A stretch of DNA of 64,000 nt from Auanema rhodensis (lineage: Eukaryota > Animalia > Nematoda), in NCBI GenBank assembly GCA_964057225.1, contig OZ059896.1, positions 22,816,001 to 22,880,000 on the forward strand, in the 5' to 3' direction. The position numbers and the translations under genes are program-made. The notes below the pieces were generated by a model, which was not told where the DNA came from, did no database searches, and saw nothing but the letters and a program-made list of their open reading frames with translations. Below, piece by piece: positions 40,001 to 55,000 of this stretch; position 1 is the first letter of the stretch, and each line of letters opens with the position of its first letter.

Positions 40001-43000
40001 TAACTCGCTTCACGTGAAAGATAAAGAGATGCGGTTTTCAAAATTAGATTCCCCATGTCCATATTAGTCTAAAAACAAATTTTTATTGATATTGGTTCAT
40101 GGTAACCATGTCTTTGAAATTTACGTGAACTTTAATTTATGCTAATTAAATGTACACGTGATGTGCACTTGGTATGTAACTCGCTTCACGTGAAAGATAA
40201 AGAGATGCGGTTTTCAAAATTAGATTCCCCATGTCCATATTAGTCTAGAAACAAATTTCTATTGATATTGGTTTATGGTAACCATATCTTTGAAATTTAC
40301 GTGAACTTTAATTTATGCTAATTAAATGTACACGTGATGTGCACTTGGTATGTAACTCGCTTCACGTGAAAGATAAAGAGATGCGGTTTTCAAAATTAGA
40401 TTCCCCATGTCCATATTAGTCTAGAAACAAATTTCTATTTATATTGGTTTATGGTAACCATATCTTTGAAATTTACGTGAACTTTAATTTATGCTAATTA
40501 AATGTACACGTGATGTGCACTTGGTATGTAACTCGCTTCACGTGAAAGATAAAGAGATGCGGTTTTCAAAATTAGATTCCCCATGTCCATATTAGTCTAG
40601 AAGCAAATTTCTATTGATATTGGTTTATGGTAACCATATCTTTGAAATTTACGTGAACTTTAATTTATGCTAATTAAATGTACACGTGATGTGCACTTGG
40701 TATGTAACTCGCTTCACGTGAAAGATAAAAAGATGCAGTTTTCAAAATTAGATTCCCCATGTCCATATTAGTCTAAAAACAAATTTTTATTGATATTGGT
40801 TCATGGTAACCATGACTTTGAAATTTACGTGATCTTTAATTTATGCTAATTAAATGTACACGTGATGTGCACTTGGTATGTAACTCGCTTCACGTGAAAG
40901 ATAAAAAGATGCAGTTTTCAAAATTAGATTCCCCATGTCCATATTAGTCTAAAAACAAATTTCTATTGATATTGGTTTATGGTAACCATATCTTTGAAAT
41001 TTACGTGAACTTTAATTTATGCTAATTAAATGTACACGTGATGTGCACTTGGTATGTAACTCGCTTCACGTGAAAGATAAAGAGATGCGGTTTTCAAAAT
41101 TAGATTCCCCATGTCCATATTAGTCTAAAAACAAATTTTTATTGATATTGGTTCATGGTAACCATGTCTTTGAAATTTACGTGAACTTTAATTTATGCTA
41201 ATTAAATGTACACGTGATGTGCACTTGGTATGTAACTCGCTTCACGTGAAAGATAAAGAGATGCGGTTTTCAAAATTAGATTCCCCATGTCCATATTAGT
41301 CTAGAAACAAATTTCTATTGATATTGGTTTATGGTAACCATATCTTTGAAATTTACGTGAACTTTAATTTATGCTAATTAAATGTACACGTGATGTGCAC
41401 TTGGTATGTAACTCGCTTCACGTGAAAGATAAAAAGATGCAGTTTTCAAAATTAGATTCCCCATGTCCATATTAGTCTAAAAACAAATTTTTATTGATAT
41501 TGGTTCATGGTAACCATGACTTTGAAATTTACGTGAACTTTAATTTATGCTAATTAAATGTACACGTGATGTGCACTTGGTATGTAACTCGCTTCACGTG
41601 AAAGATAAAGAGATGCGGTTTTCAAAATTAGATTCCCCATGTCCATATTAGTCTAAAAACAAATTTTTATTGATATTGGTTCATGGTAACCATGTCTTTG
41701 AAATTTACGTGAACTTTAATTTATGCTAATTAAATGTACACGTGATGTGCACTTGGTATGTAACTCGCTTCACGTGAAAAATAAAGAGATGCGCTTTTCA
41801 AAATTAGATTCCCCATGTCCATATTAGTCTAAAAACAAATTTTTATTAATATTGGTTCATGGTAACCATGTCTTTGAAATTTACGTGAACTTTAATTTAT
41901 GCTAATTAAATGTACACGTGATGTGCACTTGGTATGTAACTCGCTTGAAAGATAAAGAGATGCGGTTTTCAAAATTAGATTCCCCATGTCCATATTAGTC
42001 TAAAAACAAATTTTTATTGATATTGGTTCATGGTAACCATGACTTTGAAATTTACGTGAACTTTAATTTATGCTAATTAAATGTACACGTGATGTGCACT
42101 TGGTATGTAACTCGCTTCACGTGAAAGATAAAGAGATGCGGTTTTCAAAATTTGATTCCCCATGTCCATATTAGTCTAAAAACAAATTTTTATTGATATT
42201 GGTTCATGGTAACCATGACTTTGAAATTTACGTGAACTTTAATTTATGCTAATTAAATGTACACGTGATGTGCACTTGGTATGTAACTCGCTTCACGTGA
42301 AAGATAAAGAGATGCGGTTTTCAAAATTAGATTCCCCATGTCCATATTAGTCTAAAAACAAATTTCTATTGATATTGGTTTATGGTAACCATGTCTTTGA
42401 AATTTACGTGAACTTTAATTTATGCTAATTAAATGTACACGTGATGTGCACTTGGTATGTAACTCGCTTCACGTGAAAGATAAAGAGATGCGGTTTTCAA
42501 AATTAGATTCCCCATGTCCATATTAGTCTAAAAACAAATTTTTATCAATATTGGTTCATGGTAACCATGTCTTTGAAATTTACGTGAACTTTAATTTATG
42601 CTAATTAAATGTACACGTGATGTGCACTTGGTATGTAACTCGCTTCACGTGAAAGATAAAGAGATGCGGTTTTCAAAATTAGATTCCCCATGTCCATATT
42701 AGTCTAGAAACAAATTTCTATTGATATTGGTTTATGGTAACCATATCTTTGAAATTTACGTGAACTTTAATTTATGCTAATTAAATCTACACGTGATGTG
42801 CACTTGGTATGTAACTCGCTTCACGTGAAAAATAAAAAGATGCGGTTTTCAAAATTAGATTCCCCATGTCCATATTAGTCTAAAAACAAATTTTTATTAA
42901 TATTGGTTCATGGTAACCATGACTTTGAAATTTACGTGAACTTTAATTTATGCTAATTAAATGTACACGTGATGTGCACTTGGTATGTAACTCGCTTCAC

Positions 43001-46000
43001 GTGAAAGATAAAGAGATGCGGTTTTCAAAATTAGATTCCCCATGTCCATATTAGTCTAAAAACAAATTTTTATTGATATTGGTTCATGGTAACCATGACT
43101 TTGAAATTTACGTGAACTTTAATTTATGCTAATTAAATGTACACGTGATGTGCACTTGGTATGTAACTCGCTTCACGTGAAAGATAAAGAGATGCGGTTT
43201 TCAAAATTAGATTCCCCATGTCCATATTAGTCTAAAAACAAATTTTTATTGATATTGGTTCATGGTAACCATGACTTTGAAATTTACGTGAACTTTAATT
43301 TATGCTAATTAAATGTACACGTGATGTGCACTTGGTATGTAACTCGCTTCACGTGAAAGATAAAGAGATGCGGTTTTCAAAATTAGATTCCCCATGTCCA
43401 TATTAGTCTAAAAACAAATTTTTATTAATATTGGTTCATGGTAACCATGTCTTTGAAATTTACGTGAACTTTAATTTATGCTAATTAAATGTACACGTGA
43501 TGTGCACTTGGTATGTAACTCGCTTCACGTGAAAGATAAAGAGATGCGGTTTTCAAAATTAGATTCCCCATGTCCATATTAGTCTAAAAACAAATTTTTA
43601 TTGATATTGGTTCATGGTAACCATGACTTTGAAATTTACGTGAACTTTAATTTATGCTAATTAAATGTACACGTGATGTGCACTTGGTATGTAACTCGCT
43701 TCACGTGAAAGATAAAGAGATGCGGTTTTTAAAATTAGATTCCCCATGTCCATATTAGTCTAAAAACAAATTTTTATTAATATTGGTTCATGGTAACCAT
43801 GTCTTTGAAATTTACGTGAACTTTAATTTATGCTAATTAAATGTACACGTGATGTGCTCTTGGTATGTAACTCGCTTCACGTGAAAGATAAAGAGATGCG
43901 GTTTTCAAAATTAGATTCCCCATGTCCATTTTAGTCTAAAAACAAATTTTTATTGATATTGGTTTATGGTAACCATATCTTTGAAATTTACGTGAACTTT
44001 AATTTATGCTAATTAAATGTACACGTGATGTGCACTTGGTATGTAACTCGCTTCACGTGAAAGATAAGGAGATGCGGTTTTCAAAATTAGATTCCCCATG
44101 TCCATATTAGTCTAAAAACAAATTTTTATTGATATTGGTTTATGGTAACCATATCTTTGAAATTTACGTGAACTTTAATTTATGCTAATTAAATGTACAC
44201 GTGATGTGCTCTTGGTATGTAACTCGCTTCACGTGAAAGATAAAGAGATGCGGTTTTCAAAATTAGATTCCCCATGTCCATTTTAGTCTAAAAACAAATT
44301 TTTATTGATATTGGTTCATGGTAACCATGACTTTGAAATTTACGTGAACTTTAATTTATGCTAATTAAATGTACACGTGATGTGCACTTGGTATGTAACT
44401 CGCTTCACGTGAAAGATAAAGAGATGCGGTTTTCAAAATTAGATTCCCCATGTCCATATTAGTCTAAAAACAAATTTTTATTGATATTGGTTCATGGTAA
44501 CCATGACTTTGAAATTTACGTGAACTTTAATTTATGCTAATTAAATGTACACGTGATGTGCACTTGGTATGTAACTCGCTTCACGTGAAAGATAAAGAGA
44601 TGCGGTTTTCAAAATTAGATTCCCCATGTCCATATTAGTCTAAAAACAAATTTTTATTAATATTGGTTCATGGTAACCATGTCTTTGAAATTTACGTGAA
44701 CTTTAATTTATGCTAATTAAATGTACACGTGATGTGCACTTGGTATGTAACTCGCTTCACGTGAAAGATAAAGAGATGCGGTTTTCAAAATTAGATTCCC
44801 CATGTCCATATTAGTCTAAAAACAAATTTTTATTGATATTGGTTCATGGTAACCATGACTTTGAAATTTACGTGAACTTTAATTTATGCTAATTAAATGT
44901 ACACGTGATGTGCTCTTGGTATGTAACTCGCTTCACGTGAAAGATAAAGAGATGCGGTTTTCAAAATTAGATTCCCCATGTCCATTTTAGTCTAAAAACA
45001 AATTTTTATTGATATTGGTTTATGGTAACCATATCTTTGAAATTTACGTGAACTTTAATTTATGCTAATTAAATGTACACGTGATGTGCACTTGGTATGT
45101 AACTCGCTTCACGTGAAAGATAAGGAGATGCGGTTTTCAAAATTAGATTCCCCATGTCCATATTAGTCTAAAAACAAATTTTTATTGATATTGGTTCATG
45201 GTAACCATGTTTTTGAAATTTACGTGAACTTTAATTTATGCTAATTAAATGTACACGTGATGTGCACTTGGTATGTAACTCGCTTCACGTGAAAAATAAA
45301 GAGATGCGGTTTTCAAAATTAGATTCCCCATGTCCATATTAGTCTAAAAACAAATTTTTATTGATATTGGTTCATGGTAACCATGACTTTGAAATTTACG
45401 TGAACTTTAATTTATGCTAATTAAATGTACACGTGATGTGCACTTGGTATGTAACTCGCTTCACGTGAAAGATAAAGAGATGCGGTTTTCAAAATTAGAT
45501 TCCCCATGTCCATATTAATCTAAAAACAAATTTTTATTGATATTGCTTCATGGTAACCATGACTTTGAAATTTACGTGAACTTTAATTTATGCTAATTAA
45601 ATGTACACGTGATGTGCACTTGGTATGTAACTCGCTTCACGTGAAAGATAAAGAGATGCGGTTTTCAAAATTAGATTCCCCATGTCCATATTAGTCTAAA
45701 AACAAATTTTTATTAATATTGGTTCATGGTAACCATGTCTTTGAAATTTACGTGAACTCTAATTTATGCTAATTAAATGTACACGTGATGTGCACTTGGT
45801 ATGTAACTCGCTTCACGTGAAAGAGAAAGAGATGCGGTTTTCAAAATTAGATTCCCCATGTCCATATTAGTCTAAAAACAAATTTTTATTGATATTGGTT
45901 CATGGTAACCATGACTTTGAAATTTACGTGAACTTTAATTTATGCTAATTAAATGTACACGTGATGTGCACTTGGTATGTAACTCGCTTCACGTGAAAGA

Positions 46001-49000
46001 TAAAGAGATGCGGTTTTCAAAATTAGATTCCCCATGTCCATATTAGTCTAAAAACAAATTTTTATTAATATTGGTTCATGGTAACCATGTCTTTGAAATT
46101 TACGTGAACTTTAATTTATGCTAATTAAATGTACACGTGATGTGCACTTGGTATGTAACTCGCTTCACGTGAAAGATAAAGAGATGCGGTTTTCAAAATT
46201 AGATTCCCCATGTCCATATTAGTCTAAAAACAAATTTTTATTGATATTGGTTCATGGTAACCATGACTTTGAAATTTACGTGAACTTTAATTTATGCTAA
46301 TTAAATGTACACGTGATGTGCACTTGGTATGTAACTCGCTTCACGTGAAAGATAAAGAGATGCGGTTTTCAAAATTAAATTCCCCATGTCCATATTAGTC
46401 TAAAAACAAATTTTTATTGATATTGGTTGATGGTAACCATGACTTTGAAATTTACGTGAACTTTAATTTATGCTAATTAAATGTACACGTGATGTGCACT
46501 TGGTATGTAACTCGCTTCACGTGAAAGATAAAGAGATGCGGTTTTCAAAATTAGATTCCCCATGTCCATATTAGTCTAAAAACAAATTTTTATTGATATT
46601 GGTTCATGGTAACCATGACTTTGAAATTTACGTGAACTTTAATTTATGCTAATTAAATTTACACGTGATGTGCACTTGGTATGTAACTCGCTTCACGTGA
46701 AAGATAAAGAGATGCGGTTTTCAAAATTAGATTCCCCATGTCCATATTAGTCTAAAAACAAATTTTTATTGATATTGGTTCATGGTAACCATGACTTTGA
46801 AATTTACGTGAACTTTAATTTATGCTAATTAAATGTACACGTGATGTGCACTTGGTATGTAACTCGCTTCACGTGAAAGATAAAGAGATGCGGTTTTCAA
46901 AATTAGATTCCCCATGTCCATATTAGTCTAAAAACAAATTTTTATTAATATTGGTTCATGGTAACCATGTCTTTGAAATTTACGTGATCTTTAATTTATG
47001 CTAATTAAATGTACACGTGATGTGCACTTGGTATGTAACTCGCTTCACGTGAAAGATAAAGAGATGCGGTTTTCAAAATTAGATTTCCCATGTCCATATT
47101 AGTCTAGAAACAAATTTCTATTGATATTGGTTTATGGTAACCATATCTTTGAAATTTACGTGAACTTTAATTTATGCTAATTAAATGTACACGTGATGTG
47201 CACTTGGTATGTAACTCGCTTCACGTGAAAGATAAAGAGATGCGGTTTTCAAAATTAGATTTCCCATGTCCATATTAGTCTAGAAACAAATTTCTATTGA
47301 TATTGGTTTATGGTAACCATATCTTTGAAATTTACGTGAACTTTAATTTATGCTAATTAAATGTACACGTGATGTGCACTTGGTATGTAACTCGCTTCAC
47401 GTAAAAGATAAAAAGATGCAGTTTTCAAAATTAGATTCCCCATGTCCATATTAGTCTAAAAACAAATTTTTATTGATATTGGTTCATGGTAACCATGACT
47501 TTGAAATTTACGTGATCTTTAATTTATGCTAATTAAATGTACACGTGATGTGCACTTGGTATGTAACTCGCTTCACGTGAAAGATAAAGAGATGCGGTTT
47601 TCAAAATTAGATTCCCCATGTCCATATTAGTCTAGAAACAAATTTCTATTTATATTGGTTTATGGTAACCATATCTTTGAAATTTACGTGAACTTTAATT
47701 TATGCTAATTAAATGTACACGTGATGTGCACTTGGTATGTAACTCGCTTCACGTGAAAGATAAAGAGATGCGGTTTTCAAAATTAGATTCCCCATGTCCA
47801 TATTAGTCTAGAAACAAATTTCTATTGATATTGGTTTATGGTAACCATATCTTTGAAATTTACGTGAACTTTAATTTATGCTAATTAAATGTACACGTGA
47901 TGTGCACTTGGTATGTAACTCGCTTCACGTGAAAGATAAAAAGATGCAGTTTTCAAAATTAGATTCCCCATGTCCATATTAGTCTAAAAACAAATTTTTA
48001 TTGATATTGGTTCATGGTAACCATGACTTTGAAATTTACGTGATCTTTAATTTATGCTAATTAAATGTACACGTGATGTGCACTTGGTATGTAACTCGCT
48101 TCACGTGAAAGATAAAAAGATGCAGTTTTCAAAATTAGATTCCCCATGTCCATATTAGTCTAAAAACAAATTTCTATTGATATTGGTTTATGGTAACCAT
48201 ATCTTTGAAATTTACGTGAACTTTAATTTATGCTAATTAAATGTACACGTGATGTGCACTTGGTATGTAACTCGCTTCACGTGAAAGATAAAGAGATGCG
48301 GTTTTCAAAATTAGATTCCCCATGTCCATATTAGTCTAAAAACAAATTTTTATTGATATTGGTTCATGGTAACCATGTCTTTGAAATTTACGTGAACTTT
48401 AATTTATGCTAATTAAATGTACACGTGATGTGCACTTGGTATGTAACTCGCTTCACGTGAAAGATAAAGAGATGCGGTTTTCAAAATTAGATTCCCCATG
48501 TCCATATTAGTCTAGAAACAAATTTCTATTGATATTGGTTTATGGTAACCATATCTTTGAAATTTACGTGAACTTTAATTTATGCTAATTAAATGTACAC
48601 GTGATGTGCACTTGGTATGTAACTCGCTTCACGTGAAAGATAAAAAGATGCAGTTTTCAAAATTAGATTCCCCATGTCCATATTAGTCTAGAAACAAATT
48701 TCTATTTATATTGGTTTATGGTAACCATATCTTTGAAATTTACGTGAACTTTAATTTATGCTAATTAAATGTACACGTGATGTGCACTTGGTATGTAACT
48801 CGCTTCACGTGAAAGATAAAGAGATGCGGTTTTCAAAATTAGATTCCCCATGTCCATATTAGTCTAGAAACAAATTTCTATTGATATTGGTTTATGGTAA
48901 CCATATCTTTGAAATTTACGTGAACTTTAATTTATGCTAATTAAATGTACACGTGATGTGCACTTGGTATGTAACTCGCTTCACGTGAAAGATAAAAAGA

Positions 49001-52000
49001 TGCAGTTTTCAAAATTAGATTCCCCATGTCCATATTAGTCTAAAAACAAATTTTTATTGATATTGGTTCATGGTAACCATGACTTTGAAATTTACGTGAT
49101 CTTTAATTTATGCTAATTAAATGTACACGTGATGTGCACTTGGTATGTAACTCGCTTCACGTGAAAGATAAAAAGATGCAGTTTTCAAAATTAGATTCCC
49201 CATGTCCATATTAGTCTAAAAACAAATTTCTATTGATATTGGTTTATGGTAACCATATCTTTGAAATTTACGTGAACTTTAATTTATGCTAATTAAATGT
49301 ACACGTGATGTGCACTTGGTATGTAACTCGCTTCACGTGAAAGATAAAGAGATGCGGTTTTCAAAATTAGATTCCCCATGTCCATATTAGTCTAAAAACA
49401 AATTTTTATTGATATTGGTTCATGGTAACCATGTCTTTGAAATTTACGTGAACTTTAATTTATGCTAATTAAATGTACACGTGATGTGCACTTGGTATGT
49501 AACTCGCTTCACGTGAAAGATAAAGAGATGCGGTTTTCAAAATTAGATTCCCCATGTCCATATTAGTCTAGAAACAAATTTCTATTGATATTGGTTTATG
49601 GTAACCATATCTTTGAAATTTACGTGAACTTTAATTTATGCTAATTAAATGTACACGTGATGTGCACTTGGTATGTAACTCGCTTCACGTGAAAGATAAA
49701 AAGATGCAGTTTTCAAAATTAGATTCCCCATGTCCATATTAGTCTAAAAACAAATTTTTATTGATATTGGTTCATGGTAACCATGACTTTGAAATTTACG
49801 TGAACTTTAATTTATGCTAATTAAATGTACACGTGATGTGCACTTGGTATGTAACTCGCTTAACGTGAAAGATAAAGAGATGCGGTTTTCAAAAGTAGAT
49901 TCCCCATGTCCATATTAGTCTAAAAACAAATTTTTATTGATATTGGTGCATGGTAACCATGACTTTGAAATTTACGTGAACTTTAATTTATGCTAATTAA
50001 ATGTACACGTGATGTGCACTTGGTATGTAACTCGCTTCACGTGAAAGATAAAGAGATGCGGTTTTCAAAATTAGATTCCCCATGTCCATATTAGTCTAAA
50101 AACAAATTTTTATTGATATTGGTTCATGGTAACCATGTCTTTGAAATTTACGTGAACTTTAATTTATGCTAATTAAATGTACACGTGATGTGCACTTGGT
50201 ATGTAACTCGCTTCACGTGAAAAATAAAGAGATGCGCTTTTCAAAATTAGATTCCCCATGTCCATATTAGTCTAAAAACAAATTTTTATTAATATTGGTT
50301 CATGGTAACCATGTCTTTGAAATTTACGTGAACTTTAATTTATGCTAATTAAATGTACACGTGATGTGCACTTGGTATGTAACTCGCTTGAAAGATAAAG
50401 AGATGCGGTTTTCAAAATTAGATTCCCCATGTCCATATTAGTCTAAAAACAAATTTTTATTGATATTGGTTCATGGTAACCATGACTTTGAAATTTACGT
50501 GAACTTTAATTTATGCTAATTAAATGTACACGTGATGTGCACTTGGTATGTAACTCGCTTCACGTGAAAGATAAAGAGATGCGGTTTTCAAAATTAGATT
50601 CCCCATGTCCATATTAGTCTAAAAACAAATTTTTATTGATATTGGTTCATGGTAACCATGACTTTGAAATTTACGTGAACTTTAATTTATGCTAATTAAA
50701 TGTACACGTGATGTGCACTTGGTATGTAACTCGCTTCACGTGAAAGATAAAGAGATGCGGTTTTCAAAATTAGATTCCCCATGTCCATATTAGTCTAAAA
50801 ACAAATTTTTATTAATATTGGTTCATGGTAACCATGTCTTTGAAATTTACGTGAACTTTAATTTATGCTAATTAAATGTACACGTGATGTGCACTTGGTA
50901 TGTAACTCGCTTCACGTGAAAGATAAAAAGATGCAGTTTTCAAAATTAGATTCCCCATGTCCATATTAGTCTAAAAACAAATTTTTATTGTTATTGGTTC
51001 ATGGTAACCATGTCTTTGAAATTTACGTGAACTTTAATTTATGCTAATTAAATCTACACGTGATGTGCACTTGGTATGTAACTCGCTTCACGTGAAAAAT
51101 AAAAAGATGCGGTTTTCAAAATTAGATTCCCCATGTCCATATTAGTCTAAAAACAAATTTTTATTAATATTGGTTCATGGTAACCATGACTTTGAAATTT
51201 ACGTGAACTTTAATTTATGCTAATTAAATGTACACGTGATGTGCACTTGGTATGTAACTCGCTTCACGTGAAAGATAAAGAGATGCGGTTTTCAAAATTA
51301 GATTCCCCATGTCCATATTAGTCTAAAAACAAATTTTTATTGATATTGGTTCATGGTAACCATGACTTTGAAATTTACGTGAACTTTAATTTATGCTAAT
51401 TAAATGTACACGTGATGTGCACTTGGTATGTAACTCGCTTCACGTGAAAGATAAAGAGATGCGGTTTTCAAAATTAGATTCCCCATGTCCATATTAGTCT
51501 AAAAACAAATTTTTATTGATATTGGTTCATGGTAACCATGACTTTGAAATTTACGTGAACTTTAATTTATGCTAATTAAATGTACACGTGATGTGCACTT
51601 GGTATGTAACTCGCTTCACGTGAAAGATAAAGAGATGCGGTTTCCAAAATTAGATTCCCCATGTCCATATTAGTCTAAAAACAAATTTTTATTGATATTG
51701 GTTCATGGTAACCATGACTTTGAAATTTACGTGAACTTTAATTTATGCTAATTAAATGTACACGTGATTTGCACTTGGTATGTAACTCGCTTCACGTGAA
51801 AGATAAAGAGATGCGGTTTTTAAAATTAGATTCCCCATGTCCATATTAGTCTAAAAACAAATTTTTATTAATATTGGTTCATGGTAACCATGTCTTTGAA
51901 ATTTACGTGAACTTTAATTTATGCTAATTAAATGTACACGTGATGTGCTCTTGGTATGTAACTCGCTTCACGTGAAAGATAAAGAGATGCGGTTTTCAAA

Positions 52001-55000
52001 ATTAGATTCCCCATGTCCATTTTAGTCTAAAAACAAATTTTTATTGATATTGGTTTATGGTAACCATATCTTTGAAATTTACGTGAACTTTAATTTATGC
52101 TAATTAAATGTACACGTGATGTGCACTTGGTATGTAACTCGCTTCACGTGAAAGATAAAGAGATGCGGTTTTCAAAATTAGATTCCCCATGTCCATATTA
52201 GTCTAAAAACAAATTTTTATTGATATTGGTTCATGGTAACCATGTTTTTGAAATTTACGTGAACTTTAATTTATGCTAATTAAATGTACACGTGATGTGC
52301 ACTTGGTATGTAACTCGCTTCACGTGAAAAATAAAGAGATGCGGTTTTCAAAATTAGATTCCCCATGTCCATATTAGTCTAAAAACAAATTTTTATTGAT
52401 ATTGGTTCATGGTAACCATGACTTTGAAATTTACGTGAACTTTAATTTATGCTAATTAAATGTACACGTGATGTGCACTTGGTATGTAACTCGCTTCACG
52501 TGAAAGATAAAGAGATGCGGTTTTCAAAATTAGATTCCCCATGTCCATATTAGTCTAAAAACAAATTTCTATTGATATTGGTTTATGGTAACCATGTCTT
52601 TGAAATTTACGTGAACTTTAATTTATGCTAATTAAATGTACACGTGATGTGCACTTGGTATGTAACTCGCTTCACGTGAAAAATAAAAAGATGCGGTTTT
52701 CAAAATTAGATTCCCCATGTCCATATTAGTCTAAAAACAAATTTTTATTAATATTGGTTCATGGTAACCATGTCTTTGAAATTTACGTGAACTTTAATTT
52801 ATGCTAATTAAATGTACACGTGATGTGCACTTGGTATGTAACTCGCTTCACGTGAAAGATAAAAAGATGCAGTTTTCAAAATTAGATTCCCCATGTCCAT
52901 ATCAGTCTAAAAACAAATTTTTATTGATATTGGTTCATGGTAACCATGTCTTTGAAATTTACGTGAACTTTAATTTATGCTAATTAAATCTACACGTGAT
53001 GTGCACTTGGTATGTAACTCGCTTCACGTGAAAAATAAAGAGATGCGGTTTCCAAAATTAGATTCCCCATGTCCATATTAGTCTAAAAACAAATTTTTAT
53101 TAATATTGGTTCATGGTAACCATGACTTTGAAATTTACGTGAACTTTAATTTATGCTAATTAAATGTACACGTGATGTGCACTTGGTATGTAACTCGCTT
53201 CACGTGAAAGATAAAGAGATGCGGTTTTCAAAATTAGATTCCCCATGTCCATATTAGTCTAAAAACAAATTTTTATTAATATTGGTTCATGGTAACCATG
53301 ACTTTGAAATTTACGTGAACTTTAATTTATGCTAATTAAATCTACACGTGATGTGCACTTGGTATGTAACTCGCTTCACGTGAAAGATAAAGAGATGCGG
53401 TTTTCAAAATTAGATTCCCCATGTCCATATTAGTCTAAAAACAAATTTTTATTAATATTGGTTCATGGTAACCATGACTTTGAAATTTACGTGAACTTTA
53501 ATTTATGCTAATTAAATGTACACGTGATGTGCACTTGGTATGTAACTCGCTTCACGTGAAAGATAAAGAGATGCGGTTTTTAAAATTAGATTCCCCATGT
53601 CCATATTAGTCTAAAAACAAATTTCTATTGATATTGGTTTATGGTAACCATATCTTTGAAATTTACGTGAACTTTAATTTATGCTAATTAAATGTACACG
53701 TGATGTGCACTTGGTATGTAACTCGCTTCACGTGAAAGATAAAGAGATGCGGTTTTCAAAATTAGATTCCCCATGTCCATATTAGTCTAAAAACAAATTT
53801 TTATTGATATTGGTTCATGGTAACCATGTCTTTGAAATTTACGTGAACTTTAATTTATGCTAATTAAATCTACACGTGATGTGCACTTGGTATGTAACTC
53901 GCTTCACGTGAAAAATAAAGAGATGCGGTTTTCAAAATTAGATTCCCCATGTCCATATTAGTCTAAAAACAAATTTTTATTAATATTGGTTCATGGTAAC
54001 CATGACTTTGAAATTTACGTGAACTTTAATTTATGCTAATTAAATCTACACGTGATGTGCACTTGGTATGTAACTCGCTTCACGTGAAAAATAAAGAGAT
54101 GCGGTTTTCAAAATTAGATTCCCCATGTCCATATTAGTCTAAAAACAAATTTTTATTAATATTGGTTCATGGTAACCATGACTTTGAAATTTACGTGAAC
54201 TTTAATTTATGCTAATTAAATGTACACGTGATGTGCACTTGGTATGTAACTCGCTTCACGTGAAAGATAAAGAGATGTGGTTTTCAAAATTAGATTCCCC
54301 ATGTCCATATTAGTCTAAAAACAAATTTTTATTAATATTGGTTCATGGTAACCATGACTTTGAAATTTACGTGAACTTTAATTTATGCTAATTAAATCTA
54401 CACGTGATGTGCACTTGGTATGTAACTCGCTTCACGTGAAAGATAAAGAGATGCGGTTTTTAAAATTAGATTCCCCATGTCCATATTAGTCTAAAAACAA
54501 ATTTCTATTGATATTGGTTTATGGTAACCATATCTTTGAAATTTACGTGAACTTTAATTTATGCTAATTAAATGTACACGTGATGTGCACTTGGTATGTA
54601 ACTCGCTTCACGTGAAAGATAAAGAGATGCGGTTTTCAAAATTAGATTCCCCATGTACATATTAGTCTAAAAACAAATTTTTATTGATATTGGTTCATGG
54701 TAACCATGTCTTTGAAATTTACGTGAACTTTAATTTATGCTAATTAAATGTACACGTGATGTGCACTTGGTATGTAACTCGCTTCACGTGAAAGATAAAA
54801 AGATGCAGTTTTCAAAATTAGATTCCCCATGTCCATATTAGTCTAAAAACAAATTTTTATTGATATTGGTTCATGGTAACCATGTCTTTGAAATTTACGT
54901 GAACTTTAATTTATGCTAATTAAATCTACACGTGATGTGCACTTGGTATGTAACTCGCTTCACGTGAAAAATAAAGAGATGCGGTTTTCAAAATTAGATT

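Noticed and set aside
52801-52983. Second 60-aa ORF
   Set aside because: Same repeat frame with TAG>CAG at 52903; an incidental point variant.
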